From the NCBI GenBank assembly GCA_965228735.1, contig OZ245838.1:1504001-1568000 (forward strand): a stretch of DNA of 64,000 bases, written 5' to 3'. Position numbers and translations under genes: made by a program. Below are positions 49,267 through 59,472 of this stretch, piece by piece (the stretch's first letter is position 1; the number at the start of each line of letters is the position of its first letter). The notes beneath the pieces were generated by a model, which did no database searches, had not been told where the DNA came from, and was given only the letters and a program-made list of their open reading frames with translations. The stretch is from Planctomycetota bacterium. GTDB lineage: Bacteria > Planctomycetota > UBA1135 > UBA2386.

Positions 49267-50293
49267 AGCCGTGGCCGCTGCCGCCAGCCGCGACGAACAG
49301 GCCCGGCCGTTCGGGCACGGCGGTGATCCAGAAGTCGCCGTCCAGGCTGTCGCAGTAGAAGCACACGCGCTGCTCGACGAGCTCGGCGGTCGCGAGCGCC
49401 GGGATGTGGCGCGCCAGGAACTCCCGCGCGCGCGCCTCGAGGCCCGGGTCGGGCGTGTGATCACCCGGGGCGCGGCGGATGCCGGAGCCGTGGTGCGCCA
49501 CCTTGACGAGGCCGTCTACGGCCGGGAACCCGTACCAACCGAGGCCGCCGATGTCCCAGGCCCAGATCGGCAGGCATTCGGCGAACGGCCGCGGGTCGTC
49601 GGGCCGCAGCCAGAGCACGGTCTGGGCATTCGCGTCGAGCACGGGTGACATCGCCGGCAGCAGGGCCGGCGTGAACGCGCCCGTCGCGAGGACGACCGCG
49701 TCGGCTGCGAGGCGACGGCCATCGCGCAGGTCGACACCGGTCACCGGCGCCGGTGCGTCGCCAAGGCTCGCGATCGACGCGTTCGGCACGAGCTCGACGC
49801 CGGCCGCAGCGGCTTCGACGAGCAGCAACTCCACGACGCGACCCGCGCGCGCGAAGCCTGCCGCCGGGTTGAGGTACCCGTCGACCCACTCGGTCGCCGC
49901 GATCATCGGGAAGCGCTTCTCCACGTCGGTCCGGTGCAACCGTTCGACCGGTTCGCCGCGTTCGTGCAGCATCCGGAAGCTGTCGGCCTCGAAGCTCGCG
50001 CCGTCGAGGCTGGCGGCGGCAGCGAACAGGAACCCCGTCTCCGCGTAGACCGACTGCCCGAAGCGATCGTTCCACTGCCGCCACTGCGCGCGCGCGGCCG
50101 CCGCCTGATCGATGTAGAACCGGTCCGCCCCGTAGTCGAGCCGCACCGCGCGGCTGCGATCGACCGAGGAGCCGTTCGGGTTCGGCGCCGGCAACGGGGC
50201 GCGGTCGACGAGCTGCACCGCATGCCCCCGCCGCCGCAGCTCGAGCGCCGCGGTCACCCCGAACACACCCGCGCCGACGACGACGATTCGCAC
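49139..50293 (-). CDS. FAD-dependent oxidoreductase (sarcosine/fructosyl-amine oxidase-like)
   Basis: VVGAGVFG, YGFP, CFY.DS.DGDF, GGSGHGFKFAP. Confidence 0.9.
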   Translation of the reverse strand: MRIVVVGAGVFGVTAALELRRRGHAVQLVDRAPLPAPNPNGSSVDRSRAVRLDYGADRFYIDQAAAARAQWRQWNDRFGQSVYAETGFLFAAAASLDGASFEADSFRMLHERGEPVERLHRTDVEKRFPMIAATEWVDGYLNPAAGFARAGRVVELLLVEAAAAGVELVPNASIASLGDAPAPVTGVDLRDGRRLAADAVVLATGAFTPALLPAMSPVLDANAQTVLWLRPDDPRPFAECLPIWAWDIGGLGWYGFPAVDGLVKVAHHGSGIRRAPGDHTPDPGLEARAREFLARHIPALATAELVEQRVCFYCDSLDGDFWITAVPERPGLFVAAGGSGHGFKFAPLLGGWIADAVEGRGSPALGRFAWRDPTAGREAARSTR

Positions 50294-50302
50294 GCCCGAA
50301 GG

Positions 50303-52873
50303 CTACTGCCCGAAGTCCGCTTCGGTCAGCTCGAGTTCGACCCGCGTGACGGTCTCGTGCTCGGCGACCGTGAATCTGCGTTTCGCGCGCGGCGGCAGGT
50401 CGATCGTGTCGTTGCCGCGCAACGACCATTCGATCTCGTACTCCCCGGCGGCCGGAACGCGAAACGACGCGCGGCCGTTGCCGTCGAGGACGGCCTTCGG
50501 CGCCCACAGCCACGAGTGCCGCGCCGGATACCACATGCGTCCCGCGCCGCGCAGGTAGAGGGCGTGCTCCGTGTCCCACGGTTCGGGCCCCGGCGGTCGG
50601 TAGCGCTGGATCTGCGGATGCAGCCGTTGGCCCGCGCCCGGACGGCCGGACGGCAACTTCACGGTGAGTTCCACCAGCCGGCCGACCGGCATCCGGACCG
50701 TGACGTCACGCGCGACGCCACGAACGTCCTGCGTCGCGAAGCCGGGCGCGAGGATCTGCAGGTCGACCGGCAGCCGCGGCACGAGCAGGCGGCGCTCGCC
50801 GAGCTTCGTCGGCAGCGCGGTTCGGGGGCGATCACCGAGGCGCCCGGGGTCGACCACTACGGTCGCCCGCTCGACCGGCCGGCCGTCCTCGTCGACGACC
50901 CGCACGGTCAGGGTGTGCATCCCCTCGCCGAGTCGCTGAGCCGGCAACTCGACCTCTTCACCGCCCTTGATCTCGATGCCGCGCACCTCGACCAACGGCT
51001 CGGGACTGCCGAGCGCGCGGATCGAGAAGTCGTAGCGACCCGGACGCAGCGCCTGCCAGCGCGCGACCTCGCCGTTCTCCGGTTCGGGCCTCGCCGCGAT
51101 CGCGTAGTGGCTCACCACACTCGTCGTCACTTGCGTCGCCTCGTTCCGATGGCAGAACAGCAGATCGCTGCTCGTCAGTCCGCCTTCGAACGTCACCGCC
51201 ATGCGCGCGCTGCCCACCCGCGGCAGCACGTAGCGCACGCCCCTTGCACCGACGACGAACGGCACCATCGGGCCCGTGTTGTCGCCGTGCTCGGCGTAGA
51301 GCGACAGCCGCCCGCCGACGTGGTGCACGCGTAGCTCGAACGTGCCGTCCGCGGCGCTCGTGTCGTCCCGGTTGCTGAGTCCGCCGATCGTCCAGGCCTC
51401 CTCCTCGGGATCACCCTGCAGCACCATCACGTTCGCGTCGGCGACCGGCACGCCGGCGTCGTCGACGATCTGCCCCGCGACGAGGATCGGCGGCCTGCGG
51501 AGCACGACGTCGCCGAGCTCGTTGCGGCCCTCGGTGAGACCGAGATCGGCCAGGTCGAAGAACGCCTGCTGTTCGAGGTTGGTGATCGTGCGACGGAAGA
51601 TCACGCCGCGTTCCTCCGGCCCGGACGGCAGACCGGGAACCGCGGTGTGGAACAAGCCGTTCTCGCCCGTCTCGAAGTACTGGTTGTAGTAGCCGCGCTC
51701 TTGCTGCACGTGCGTCGCGTACCAGTAGCCCGCCTGCGGCACGCCGTGCTCGTCGACGAGTCGGCCGCTCAGCGTCGGATTGCGCGTGACGGTGAGCCGG
51801 TGCTCGACCCGTTCGCCCCAGGCCGTCGGACCGGCGAACTCGAGGACGCCACTCACACCCGGCGAGGACAGCTCGAGCCGGAAGCGCAGTCCGATACCGA
51901 CGTGCAGAAGATCGAGCCGCGGCCCGTCGAACGGCAGCCAGAAGCGGCGTTCGTTGCCCTGCAACAGCTGATAGAGGCGGGCATAGACCGTCTCGGTCAG
52001 GTCTTCCACGGGCCGGCCGTCGCGGTCGACGAGCTCGACGTGGACCGAACCCGTGCCCGGCAGCTGCAGCACGTACGGTTCCGCCGCCACCGCATCGAAC
52101 TCGACGCGCGCGAAGACCGGTCGTTCGAGCGGAAAGCCGAGCAGCACCGCACCGTCGTTGCCCCAGTCGTCGCGGATGAACTGCTGCGCGTGGTGGAACG
52201 TCACGATGCCGTCGGGCTCGGTCGTCTCCCGGAACACCTGCATCGAGAACCGCTCGATGCCGGCGTCGTCGGCGAGCGCCACGCGCACTCTGGCGACGGG
52301 TCGGCCGCCCGGGTCGATCACCTGGGCGCGAATCGTGATGTCGCGGACGAGGTGCAGTTCGTGCACCTCCGCGGCCTGCGCGATCGGCACGAAGACCAGG
52401 CCAAACCGGTCGGCGTCGCGCCCGTAGACCGTCCAGCTCAGCACGTCTTCGAACGGGATCGAGACCCGGCCTTCGGCGTCGCTCGTGCGGAGCTCACCGG
52501 CGAACGCGAGTCGCTCGCGCTCGCGGTCGTCATGGCGATAGTCCTCGGACACGCGTTCCACGTGCCAGCCGACCTCGGCGCCGGCGACGGGTTGGCCCGA
52601 CTCGTCGACGACCCGCACCGTGACGTGCCGCGGTCCGCTCTCCTCCGCGGCCGGGACGGCGTGCTCCCGTTCGATCGACGACGACCCGGCCACGGCAGAG
52701 CTCACCGCGCGGCGCTCCGGCGTCCCCGCCGGCGAAGCGGCGGTCGGGCCCTCCGCGGGTGGCCGATCCGGCGCAGCCGTCTCGCCCCCAGCGCTGATCC
52801 ACCAGGCGACGACCGCCAACGCGACGATCCCGAGCGCGAGGGCAAAGAGCGAGCGATTCCGCGTAGCAACCAT
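50303..52873 (-). CDS. Membrane-anchored protein with carboxypeptidase-regulatory-like beta-sandwich repeats
   Basis: N-terminal TM; repeated V(V/I)D..G.PV..A.V. Confidence 0.75.
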   Translation of the reverse strand: MVATRNRSLFALALGIVALAVVAWWISAGGETAAPDRPPAEGPTAASPAGTPERRAVSSAVAGSSSIEREHAVPAAEESGPRHVTVRVVDESGQPVAGAEVGWHVERVSEDYRHDDRERERLAFAGELRTSDAEGRVSIPFEDVLSWTVYGRDADRFGLVFVPIAQAAEVHELHLVRDITIRAQVIDPGGRPVARVRVALADDAGIERFSMQVFRETTEPDGIVTFHHAQQFIRDDWGNDGAVLLGFPLERPVFARVEFDAVAAEPYVLQLPGTGSVHVELVDRDGRPVEDLTETVYARLYQLLQGNERRFWLPFDGPRLDLLHVGIGLRFRLELSSPGVSGVLEFAGPTAWGERVEHRLTVTRNPTLSGRLVDEHGVPQAGYWYATHVQQERGYYNQYFETGENGLFHTAVPGLPSGPEERGVIFRRTITNLEQQAFFDLADLGLTEGRNELGDVVLRRPPILVAGQIVDDAGVPVADANVMVLQGDPEEEAWTIGGLSNRDDTSAADGTFELRVHHVGGRLSLYAEHGDNTGPMVPFVVGARGVRYVLPRVGSARMAVTFEGGLTSSDLLFCHRNEATQVTTSVVSHYAIAARPEPENGEVARWQALRPGRYDFSIRALGSPEPLVEVRGIEIKGGEEVELPAQRLGEGMHTLTVRVVDEDGRPVERATVVVDPGRLGDRPRTALPTKLGERRLLVPRLPVDLQILAPGFATQDVRGVARDVTVRMPVGRLVELTVKLPSGRPGAGQRLHPQIQRYRPPGPEPWDTEHALYLRGAGRMWYPARHSWLWAPKAVLDGNGRASFRVPAAGEYEIEWSLRGNDTIDLPPRAKRRFTVAEHETVTRVELELTEADFGQ

Positions 52874-52953
52874 GATCCGAGGACGGCGCAATGACCCCGC
52901 CAGCTCTACCGATGTCAGGACGGATTCCGGATCGCCAGTTTTTCCCGACTCGC

Positions 52954-54267
52954 TCAGTGGCGATCGGCCGGCAACCGCGCGATCACGCAGTCGCCCTTGC
53001 CCTTCTCGTCGGTGATCGATTGCACGGTCCACAGATCGAGCCGGTTGTCGCCGTCGATCGCGCAGCCGCTGTAGTCGCCCCAGGACACGCCGTCCGTGGC
53101 GCCGCGACCTTCGCCGAGGCTCAGGATCGCCCGCAGCTCGCCGGGCGGATCAGTTGCGCGACGGAACGCCAACCGCGGGCTGATGAACATGTCCGGGCTC
53201 GTCTCCTGGAAGCCGACGAGCACGTCGAGCCGTTCGTTCACCGCGAGCGAGGTCTGGATGTAGCTCGACGTCGGACTGCGCAGCAACCCGGACTGGACGA
53301 ACGTGCCGTCGAGCTTCACCTGATGCCACTGCACCGCGGCGCGGCCGTCGCAGTCGATCGTGTGGCTGAACCACAGGCAGCCGCCCTGCAGCACGAGGTT
53401 CTTCGGGTTGCGGTCGCCGGACGCGGTGAGCTGGTCGGTGCCCTGCTGCGGCGACTGCGGTGGCCAGCCGAAGTGCGCGAAGCCGTGCGGCGCGCGCGCC
53501 ACCTCGACGGCGACCGGCGCGCCACTCGCCGCGGTCGTCACCTTGCGGATCACGATGTCACGCCGCGTCAGCTGCACGAAGTGGAGGTCGCCCTCATCGT
53601 CCTGTGTCAGCACCGGATGGCCGAGACTGCCGGCGAAGTGATGCACCGTGACCGGCTTGCCGGCCTTGCACGTCGCCGTCGCCATCACGAACGTGCGCTC
53701 CGGTCCACCCGGGAACGAGTAGCCGATCCAATCGCGACTCACGCCGATGCCGCCGCCGTCGACGCCCTTCGGTGCCGGCACCGGAAACGTCGCCCACGCG
53801 CCGGTCGGATCCGACGTGCGCGAGACCGACACGTTCACGGGCTTCTGCTCGGCCTCGTCCCAGGGGTTCCACAGATCGAACCCGAACACCTGGTGGTTCG
53901 GGCAGAAGAACACCTTCGGATCGATGCCGCCGTTGAACCCGCGCTGCGAGACGCCCGCCACGAACGCCCCCGCCTTGTCGTAGAGGTGCAGACCGTGATT
54001 CGTCGCGTGCAGCACGTGACCGCCGCCGACCGCGATCTGCGGGTCGACCTGGCGGTTGCCGTCCATCGCGCCGTCGAAGACGAGCAGACCGTCGACCGTC
54101 CGCGGGTTGCCGCCCTGGCGCCGCTCCGGCGTCTTGCCGTCGCGGTCGAACGACGTCATGAGGATTGGCTCGATCGTTTCGCTGCGCGTTGGCGAAACGT
54201 GTTCGGCGGACTCCTGCGCCGGCAACGATCCGAGCAGCCCAAGAACGAGGACGAGTCGAGCGATCAC
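52954..54267 (-). CDS. Secreted hypothetical beta-rich protein
   Basis: Signal peptide; DPQIAVG, DPKVFF, VS.TSDPTGAW, WGDYS..D. Confidence 0.7.
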   Translation of the reverse strand: MIARLVLVLGLLGSLPAQESAEHVSPTRSETIEPILMTSFDRDGKTPERRQGGNPRTVDGLLVFDGAMDGNRQVDPQIAVGGGHVLHATNHGLHLYDKAGAFVAGVSQRGFNGGIDPKVFFCPNHQVFGFDLWNPWDEAEQKPVNVSVSRTSDPTGAWATFPVPAPKGVDGGGIGVSRDWIGYSFPGGPERTFVMATATCKAGKPVTVHHFAGSLGHPVLTQDDEGDLHFVQLTRRDIVIRKVTTAASGAPVAVEVARAPHGFAHFGWPPQSPQQGTDQLTASGDRNPKNLVLQGGCLWFSHTIDCDGRAAVQWHQVKLDGTFVQSGLLRSPTSSYIQTSLAVNERLDVLVGFQETSPDMFISPRLAFRRATDPPGELRAILSLGEGRGATDGVSWGDYSGCAIDGDNRLDLWTVQSITDEKGKGDCVIARLPADRH

Positions 54268-54509
54268 GAAGTGAACATACGGAACCCGGAATCTTTGTCT
54301 CGCCCAGGAAGCCGACGTGGCCGGACCACTCGACGAACGTCGCGGCAGCGTCTCGACGCCGGGGCTCCCATCGCAGGCCCACCTGGCGACCGTGGGGACC
54401 TCTACGAGACCGCCATGCCACTGGCGCTACCGGCGCACCCGTCAAACCGACTGCGGAGAACCCCGCCACCGGAACGATAGATCCGAAGAGATAGCCGGGG
54501 GAACCACGC

Positions 54510-55466
54510 ATGAGCCAGCAAGACCGACAACAAGAGAAGCGCCATCAGGCGGTGCGCCGCGAGCTCACCAAGCTCTGCGACAAGACGGAGAAGACCCTGG
54601 TGCCGCTGCAGCGGGTGCTGGTCTCGGCCGTCACGCAGGCGGGCAACCCGGACGTGATGGACCGGATCGACCGTTTGCAGCAGCAGCTCTCGATGGTGAA
54701 CGGCGCCCTCCACCAGTTGCAGTCCAGACGCTACCAACGCAACGGGGGCGCCAGCGCCCGCATCGCGGCGCGGCTGGTCAACGACATGGGAACGACCGCG
54801 GGCAACAGCGACAGCGCGAGTGCGGCCTCGGATGACGGCAAGCAGGGCACCCCGAGCTTCACGGGGAAGAGCCCCGACTACCCGCTCGCGGACGCGCTCA
54901 GCTTCCTGCAGAACCACGAGAAGTCCGGCCAGCTGCAGATCCGACTGACCGACGAAACGATCACGTTCGGGATCGACAAGGGCCAGATCGTGCAGACGGC
55001 GACCGACACGGCGCGCCGCGGCGAGCGCCTCGGCGACATCCTGATCGACAACGGCGCCGTCCAGTTCGAGCAGATGCTGTCGCACATCGACTCGCACCGC
55101 GGCGCGAACAAGCTCCTCGGCACGGCCCTCGTCGAAGACGGCATCGTCACGGAGCAGGCGCTGACCACGGCGCTCGTCGAGCAGGTTCAGCGCCGCTTCG
55201 ACCGGGTGTTCGCGCAAGAGACCTGCGCGTTCGCGTTCTTCGAGAACGTGCCCACCGCCACCTCGGGCCTGCGCTTCGACATCGGCGAGTTCCTCGTCGA
55301 CGCGGGCCACACGGCCCCCGCCCCGACCGCGCCGGGCACGGCACCGGCGTTCGGATCCGACGGCTCGGGGTCGAGCGCGGACGTCTGGGGCGACTACGGC
55401 GTCCCACCCGAGAGGAAGTTCCAGGGCACGCCGAGCGACGCGTGGAACTCACCTGAGTCCCGGTAG
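54510..55466 (+). CDS. DUF4388-like protein with tandem MshEN-type motif
   Basis: LADALSFL....KSGQL.I...G.I; RLGDILIDNG...LLGTALVEDGIV....L...L..Q; FAFFE. Confidence 0.75.
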   Translation: MSQQDRQQEKRHQAVRRELTKLCDKTEKTLVPLQRVLVSAVTQAGNPDVMDRIDRLQQQLSMVNGALHQLQSRRYQRNGGASARIAARLVNDMGTTAGNSDSASAASDDGKQGTPSFTGKSPDYPLADALSFLQNHEKSGQLQIRLTDETITFGIDKGQIVQTATDTARRGERLGDILIDNGAVQFEQMLSHIDSHRGANKLLGTALVEDGIVTEQALTTALVEQVQRRFDRVFAQETCAFAFFENVPTATSGLRFDIGEFLVDAGHTAPAPTAPGTAPAFGSDGSGSSADVWGDYGVPPERKFQGTPSDAWNSPESR

Positions 55467-55477
55467 AGAGCACGACC

Positions 55478-56563
55478 ATGAGCACGACCATCTCGATGGA
55501 CGATCTGCTGACCGTCATGGTGCGGTCGCGGGCTTCCGACCTCCACGTCGGCGTCGGTTCGCCACCCGCGGTGCGGATCGACGGCCGCATCCGCCGCATC
55601 GAGAACACCGAGGCTCTGAGCCAGGACGACGCGAAGCGCCTGATCCACGAGATCATGTCGCCCGAACAGAGAGCGGCGTTCGAGCAACGCCCGGACATCG
55701 ACTTCTCGTACTCGCGAACCGGCGTCGGCCGCTTCCGCGTGAACGCGCTCTCGCGTCGCAACAGCATCGCGATGGTCGCGCGCCACATCCCGCACGAGAT
55801 CCCGAGCGCCGCGCAGCTCGGCCTGCCCGGCGTCTGCCGCAAGCTCGCGGAACGGCCACGGGGCCTCGTGCTCGTCACGGGCCCGACGGGCAGCGGCAAG
55901 TCGACGACGCTCGCCGCGATCCTCGACTTCATCAACGGCACGCGCGAGGGCCACATCCTCACGCTCGAGGATCCGATCGAGTTCATTCACGCCGAGAAGA
56001 AGTGCATCGTCACCCAGCGTGAGATCGGCTCGGACACGGAATCGTTCGCCCAGGGCCTGCGCGCCGGCCTGCGCCAGGATCCCGACATCATCATGATCGG
56101 CGAGATGCGCGACCTCGAGACCGTGCAACTCGCGATCACCGCGGCCGAGACGGGACACCTCGTGCTCGGCACGCTGCACACGACGAGCGCGATCACGACG
56201 ATCGACCGGATCATCGACGTCTTTCCGCACGAGTCGCAGCAGCAGGTCCGCGTGCAGCTCGCGAACTCGCTGCAGGGCGTGATCTCGCAGTGCCTGCTCC
56301 CGCGCGTCGGCGGCGGCCGGATCGCCGCCCACGAGGTGCTCGTCAGCACCGACAGCGTGCGATCGAACATCCGCGACGGCAAATCGGCCCAGCTCGTCAA
56401 CGTGCTGCAGACCGGCCGCAGCCACGGCATGATCCTGCTCGAGGATCGCCTGATCGAACTCGTGAACGGTGGCTACATCGAACTCGAAACCGCGGCCCAG
56501 GCCGCCAACCGCCCGGACGAGGTCATGAGCAAGTGCGCGCCCAAGGTCGCTGCGCCGGCCTGA
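55478..56563 (+). CDS. pilT: Type IV pilus retraction ATPase PilT
   Basis: ASDLH, GRFRVN, GPTGSGKST, LEDPIE, RQDPDIIMIGEMRD, GHLVLGTLHT. Confidence 0.93.
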   Translation: MSTTISMDDLLTVMVRSRASDLHVGVGSPPAVRIDGRIRRIENTEALSQDDAKRLIHEIMSPEQRAAFEQRPDIDFSYSRTGVGRFRVNALSRRNSIAMVARHIPHEIPSAAQLGLPGVCRKLAERPRGLVLVTGPTGSGKSTTLAAILDFINGTREGHILTLEDPIEFIHAEKKCIVTQREIGSDTESFAQGLRAGLRQDPDIIMIGEMRDLETVQLAITAAETGHLVLGTLHTTSAITTIDRIIDVFPHESQQQVRVQLANSLQGVISQCLLPRVGGGRIAAHEVLVSTDSVRSNIRDGKSAQLVNVLQTGRSHGMILLEDRLIELVNGGYIELETAAQAANRPDEVMSKCAPKVAAPA

Positions 56564-56565
56564 GT

Positions 56566-57450
56566 TCAGTCCAGGCGAACGCTACCCCAGAGACCGAGGA
56601 CCTCGCCCGGCGCCAGCGCCTCCGCGCGCTGCCCGAGGTCGACGTGGGCGTTCGCCAGGACGACCTCCGAGTCCATGCCCATCGCCTTCGCCGTGCGCGC
56701 CAGCGTGTTCCGCAGGGTCTTGCGGCGCTGCTGGAACAACGCGCGAACGAAGCGGGCGAACTCCTGGCGCGCGGTCGCCTCGACGAGCAGCTCGGGCAGC
56801 TCGGCGCGGCGTTCGAGCTGCAGCACGGCGGACATGACCTTGGGCCGCGGGCGGAAGACCTGCGGCGGCACGTCGCGCAGGACCGTCGCCTCGAACACGT
56901 TCTGCGCGAGCACGCTGAGGCTGCCGTAGTCGGGCGTCGACGGTGACGCGGCGAGGCGCTGCGCGAGTTCTTTCTGCACGAGGAGGATCGCGCGGTCGGG
57001 CAGCTGCGGCAGGCACGCGAGCTCGGCGATCAGCGGGCCGGAGATCGAATACGGCAGGTTGGCGACCAGCAGCGCGCGGCCGCCGCGCTCCGTCGCGGCC
57101 GTGAGCGCCGCGGGGATCGCGGGCAGCAGGCCCTGGTCGGCGAGTGCGTCGCCGAGCACGAGCTCGACGTTGGCGCGACTCTGCAGATCGCGGCGCGCGA
57201 TCGTCAGCAGGCGGTCGTCGATCTCGATGCCGACGACCCTGCCCGCGACCGCGGCGAGCTCGCGCGTGAGGAACCCGAGCCCGACACCGATCTCCACGAC
57301 CGTGTCGTTCGCACCCGCGCCGGCCTGTTCCGCGAGCCAGCGGTGCAGCGACGGATCGAGCAGGAAGTTCTGCCCCCGGCGCGTGCTCGGCTGGAAACCC
57401 AGCGCGCTCATCGCATCGCGATAGTGGGCGAAGTCGTCGCGCTCCGTCAT
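56566..57450 (-). CDS. rsmA: 16S rRNA m6,2A dimethyltransferase
   Basis: GQNFL, VVEIG.GLG, EID, ANLPYSIS, FRPRPKVMS, QRRKTL. Confidence 0.94.
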   Translation of the reverse strand: MTERDDFAHYRDAMSALGFQPSTRRGQNFLLDPSLHRWLAEQAGAGANDTVVEIGVGLGFLTRELAAVAGRVVGIEIDDRLLTIARRDLQSRANVELVLGDALADQGLLPAIPAALTAATERGGRALLVANLPYSISGPLIAELACLPQLPDRAILLVQKELAQRLAASPSTPDYGSLSVLAQNVFEATVLRDVPPQVFRPRPKVMSAVLQLERRAELPELLVEATARQEFARFVRALFQQRRKTLRNTLARTAKAMGMDSEVVLANAHVDLGQRAEALAPGEVLGLWGSVRLD

Positions 57451-57455
57451 GTCCC

Positions 57456-58547
57456 TCAGGGCCGCAGCTGCTGCAGGAGCCAGCGCGCCACGGGGCCATC
57501 GCCGAGGGCGCCCGGTTCGAGACCATCGAGCGCGCGCCGCAGCGCCGCGCGGTGCCCGCGCCGACGCACGAAGCGCGTCAGCCGTTCGTAGTCCGCGGTC
57601 GTCGGCTCGACGTCGACGGTGGCCAGCGCACGCAGCAGTTCATCGGGTGATGCGACGAGGCGGATGCCGGTCCGTTCGCGACGCACGCCGGCAAGCACGC
57701 GTTCGTCCGGCAAGGGCGGCTGCTTGTCGTCCGGCCACATGAAGGACTGGAAGTCCGCACCGACGACGAGGCGCGGCACGGCATCGGAGCGCGGTGCGAC
57801 GGCGGTCAGGGCGGGCACGACACCAGGCAGCACCTGCCACACGGCTACGGCGCGCGTGCGGCGGGCGACCTCCAAGCCGGACTGGTAGTCGAGGCTCGGC
57901 AGCAAGGGCACAGACACCTCGCCGTCGCTCTTCTCGGCACACCAATCGAGCGGCACGGTCTCGGTCCATTCACTCACGTTGCCGACGAGGTCGTAGGGCT
58001 GACCGACAACACTCGGACTGCGACGCCCGGACTCGAACGCGCCGACCGGGGTCGGGGCCGCGAGTCCGAGATCCGCGGTGTTCGCCCTGGTCGCGATCGG
58101 CTTGTCCCCCCAGGGAAAGTAGTACCAGCCGATCACCGCGTGCCACTCGTCGCGCTGCGGCAACCGCGCGTAGCGCCACGCCGCGAACGCCCGTGCCTGC
58201 CGCAGGCTCACGAGCCCGACGGGCCAGACCGGATCGCCGCCGAGCGTCGCGGTCTCGGCACGAACCGCGGCCCCCTCGGGCGTCGCCGCGAACTCGCGCC
58301 AGTCGGCCCGCGTCACCTCGAAGCGGTCGACGAACAGCGCCTTGGCAGCACCCCGATCGAGCCGTCGTTCGAAGAGCACGAAGTCGCGCAGCGTGCCGAA
58401 GCGCCCCACGCGAGCGGGCGGCGCGACTGCCGATTCCGGGTCTGCACCGACCTCGTCGCCGGGCGCGCCATCGCAGCTCGCGGCGAGAACTCCGCACGCG
58501 AGCACGACGAGCGCGACGGCGCGCGGCGGCGACGTCCGCTCAGCCAT
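57456..58547 (-). CDS. FGE/SUMF1-domain putative lipoprotein
   Basis: LAASC lipobox-like; DRFEVT, ARAFAAW...RLP, FPWG, YDLVGNVSEW. Confidence 0.75.
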   Translation of the reverse strand: MAERTSPPRAVALVVLACGVLAASCDGAPGDEVGADPESAVAPPARVGRFGTLRDFVLFERRLDRGAAKALFVDRFEVTRADWREFAATPEGAAVRAETATLGGDPVWPVGLVSLRQARAFAAWRYARLPQRDEWHAVIGWYYFPWGDKPIATRANTADLGLAAPTPVGAFESGRRSPSVVGQPYDLVGNVSEWTETVPLDWCAEKSDGEVSVPLLPSLDYQSGLEVARRTRAVAVWQVLPGVVPALTAVAPRSDAVPRLVVGADFQSFMWPDDKQPPLPDERVLAGVRRERTGIRLVASPDELLRALATVDVEPTTADYERLTRFVRRRGHRAALRRALDGLEPGALGDGPVARWLLQQLRP

Positions 58548-59253
58548 CCAGCAGCAGGATCTCGACGCGACGGTTCCGGGCGCGGGCCGCGTCCGTGTTG
58601 CCCGGGTCGGCGGGGCGGTGTTCGCCGTAGCCCGCGACACTGATCTGCGTCGCGTCGAGGCCGCCCGCCTGCGTCAGGAAGTCCGCGACCGCGAGCGCGC
58701 GTTCGGCCGACAGCCGCAGGTTGGTGCCCCAACGGCTGCGCTGGATCGGCGTGTCGTCCGTATGGCCCTCGACGCGGATGCGACGCCCGCGCAGGTCGTC
58801 CATCAGGCCCTGCAGGGTGCGCTTGCCGCCGTCGGACAGGTCGTTGCGACCCGAGGAGAACAGCACGCCACCCGCCACGCGGAACGCGTAACCCTCGGGC
58901 GTCGACACGAGATCGACCCCGTCGACGCGACTCGGCGCCTCCTTGCCGTACTTGCCGAGCAGCTCGGCGAGCTGCTTCTTCTTCGCCTTCACCCACTCGG
59001 CGTCGACGGCGTTCTTGCCGAGCTCGTTGACCTGCCCGCGCAGACGATCGTTCTCGAGCGCGAGTTCCTTCTGGCTCTCGATGAGCTGCGCGAGCTGGGC
59101 CTGCATGGCCTGGTTGGCGCCGACGACGCGGCGATGGGCTTCGGGACTCACGCAACCGGCAGCGACGACGGTGAGCGCCAGGACGGCGAGAGCGGCGCCG
59201 CGGCGAACGCGGTGCGCGCAGACATGGCTCGCGGAGGTAAGGCTGTGCTTCAT
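58540..59253 (-). CDS. OmpA/MotB-family lipoprotein with coiled coil
   Basis: AAGC lipobox; VEGHTD, NLRLSAERA.AV, GYGE, NRRVEI. Confidence 0.9.
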   Translation of the reverse strand: MKHSLTSASHVCAHRVRRGAALAVLALTVVAAGCVSPEAHRRVVGANQAMQAQLAQLIESQKELALENDRLRGQVNELGKNAVDAEWVKAKKKQLAELLGKYGKEAPSRVDGVDLVSTPEGYAFRVAGGVLFSSGRNDLSDGGKRTLQGLMDDLRGRRIRVEGHTDDTPIQRSRWGTNLRLSAERALAVADFLTQAGGLDATQISVAGYGEHRPADPGNTDAARARNRRVEILLLDG

Positions 59254-59472
59254 CGGTGTATCCCCCCGACCCCCTCGCGAACCACCGCTGGGAGTCAGGC
59301 AATGACCGGTCGGGCCGACCGGAGGCCCTTGCGATCGGGTATCACCGTAGCCGAGCGGTCACGGAAAAGCCACGCCGCCGCAAACGCAAAACGCGCTCCG
59401 GCGCCATCGCTGGCGGGGAGCGCGTGTCGATTCGTCAAGCCACTCGGCCTGACGAATGATCGCCGGACTGGC

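Noticed and set aside
58540..59253. Flagellar stator motB
   Set aside because: It has a lipobox instead of the Asp-bearing TM helix, and no motA is adjacent.
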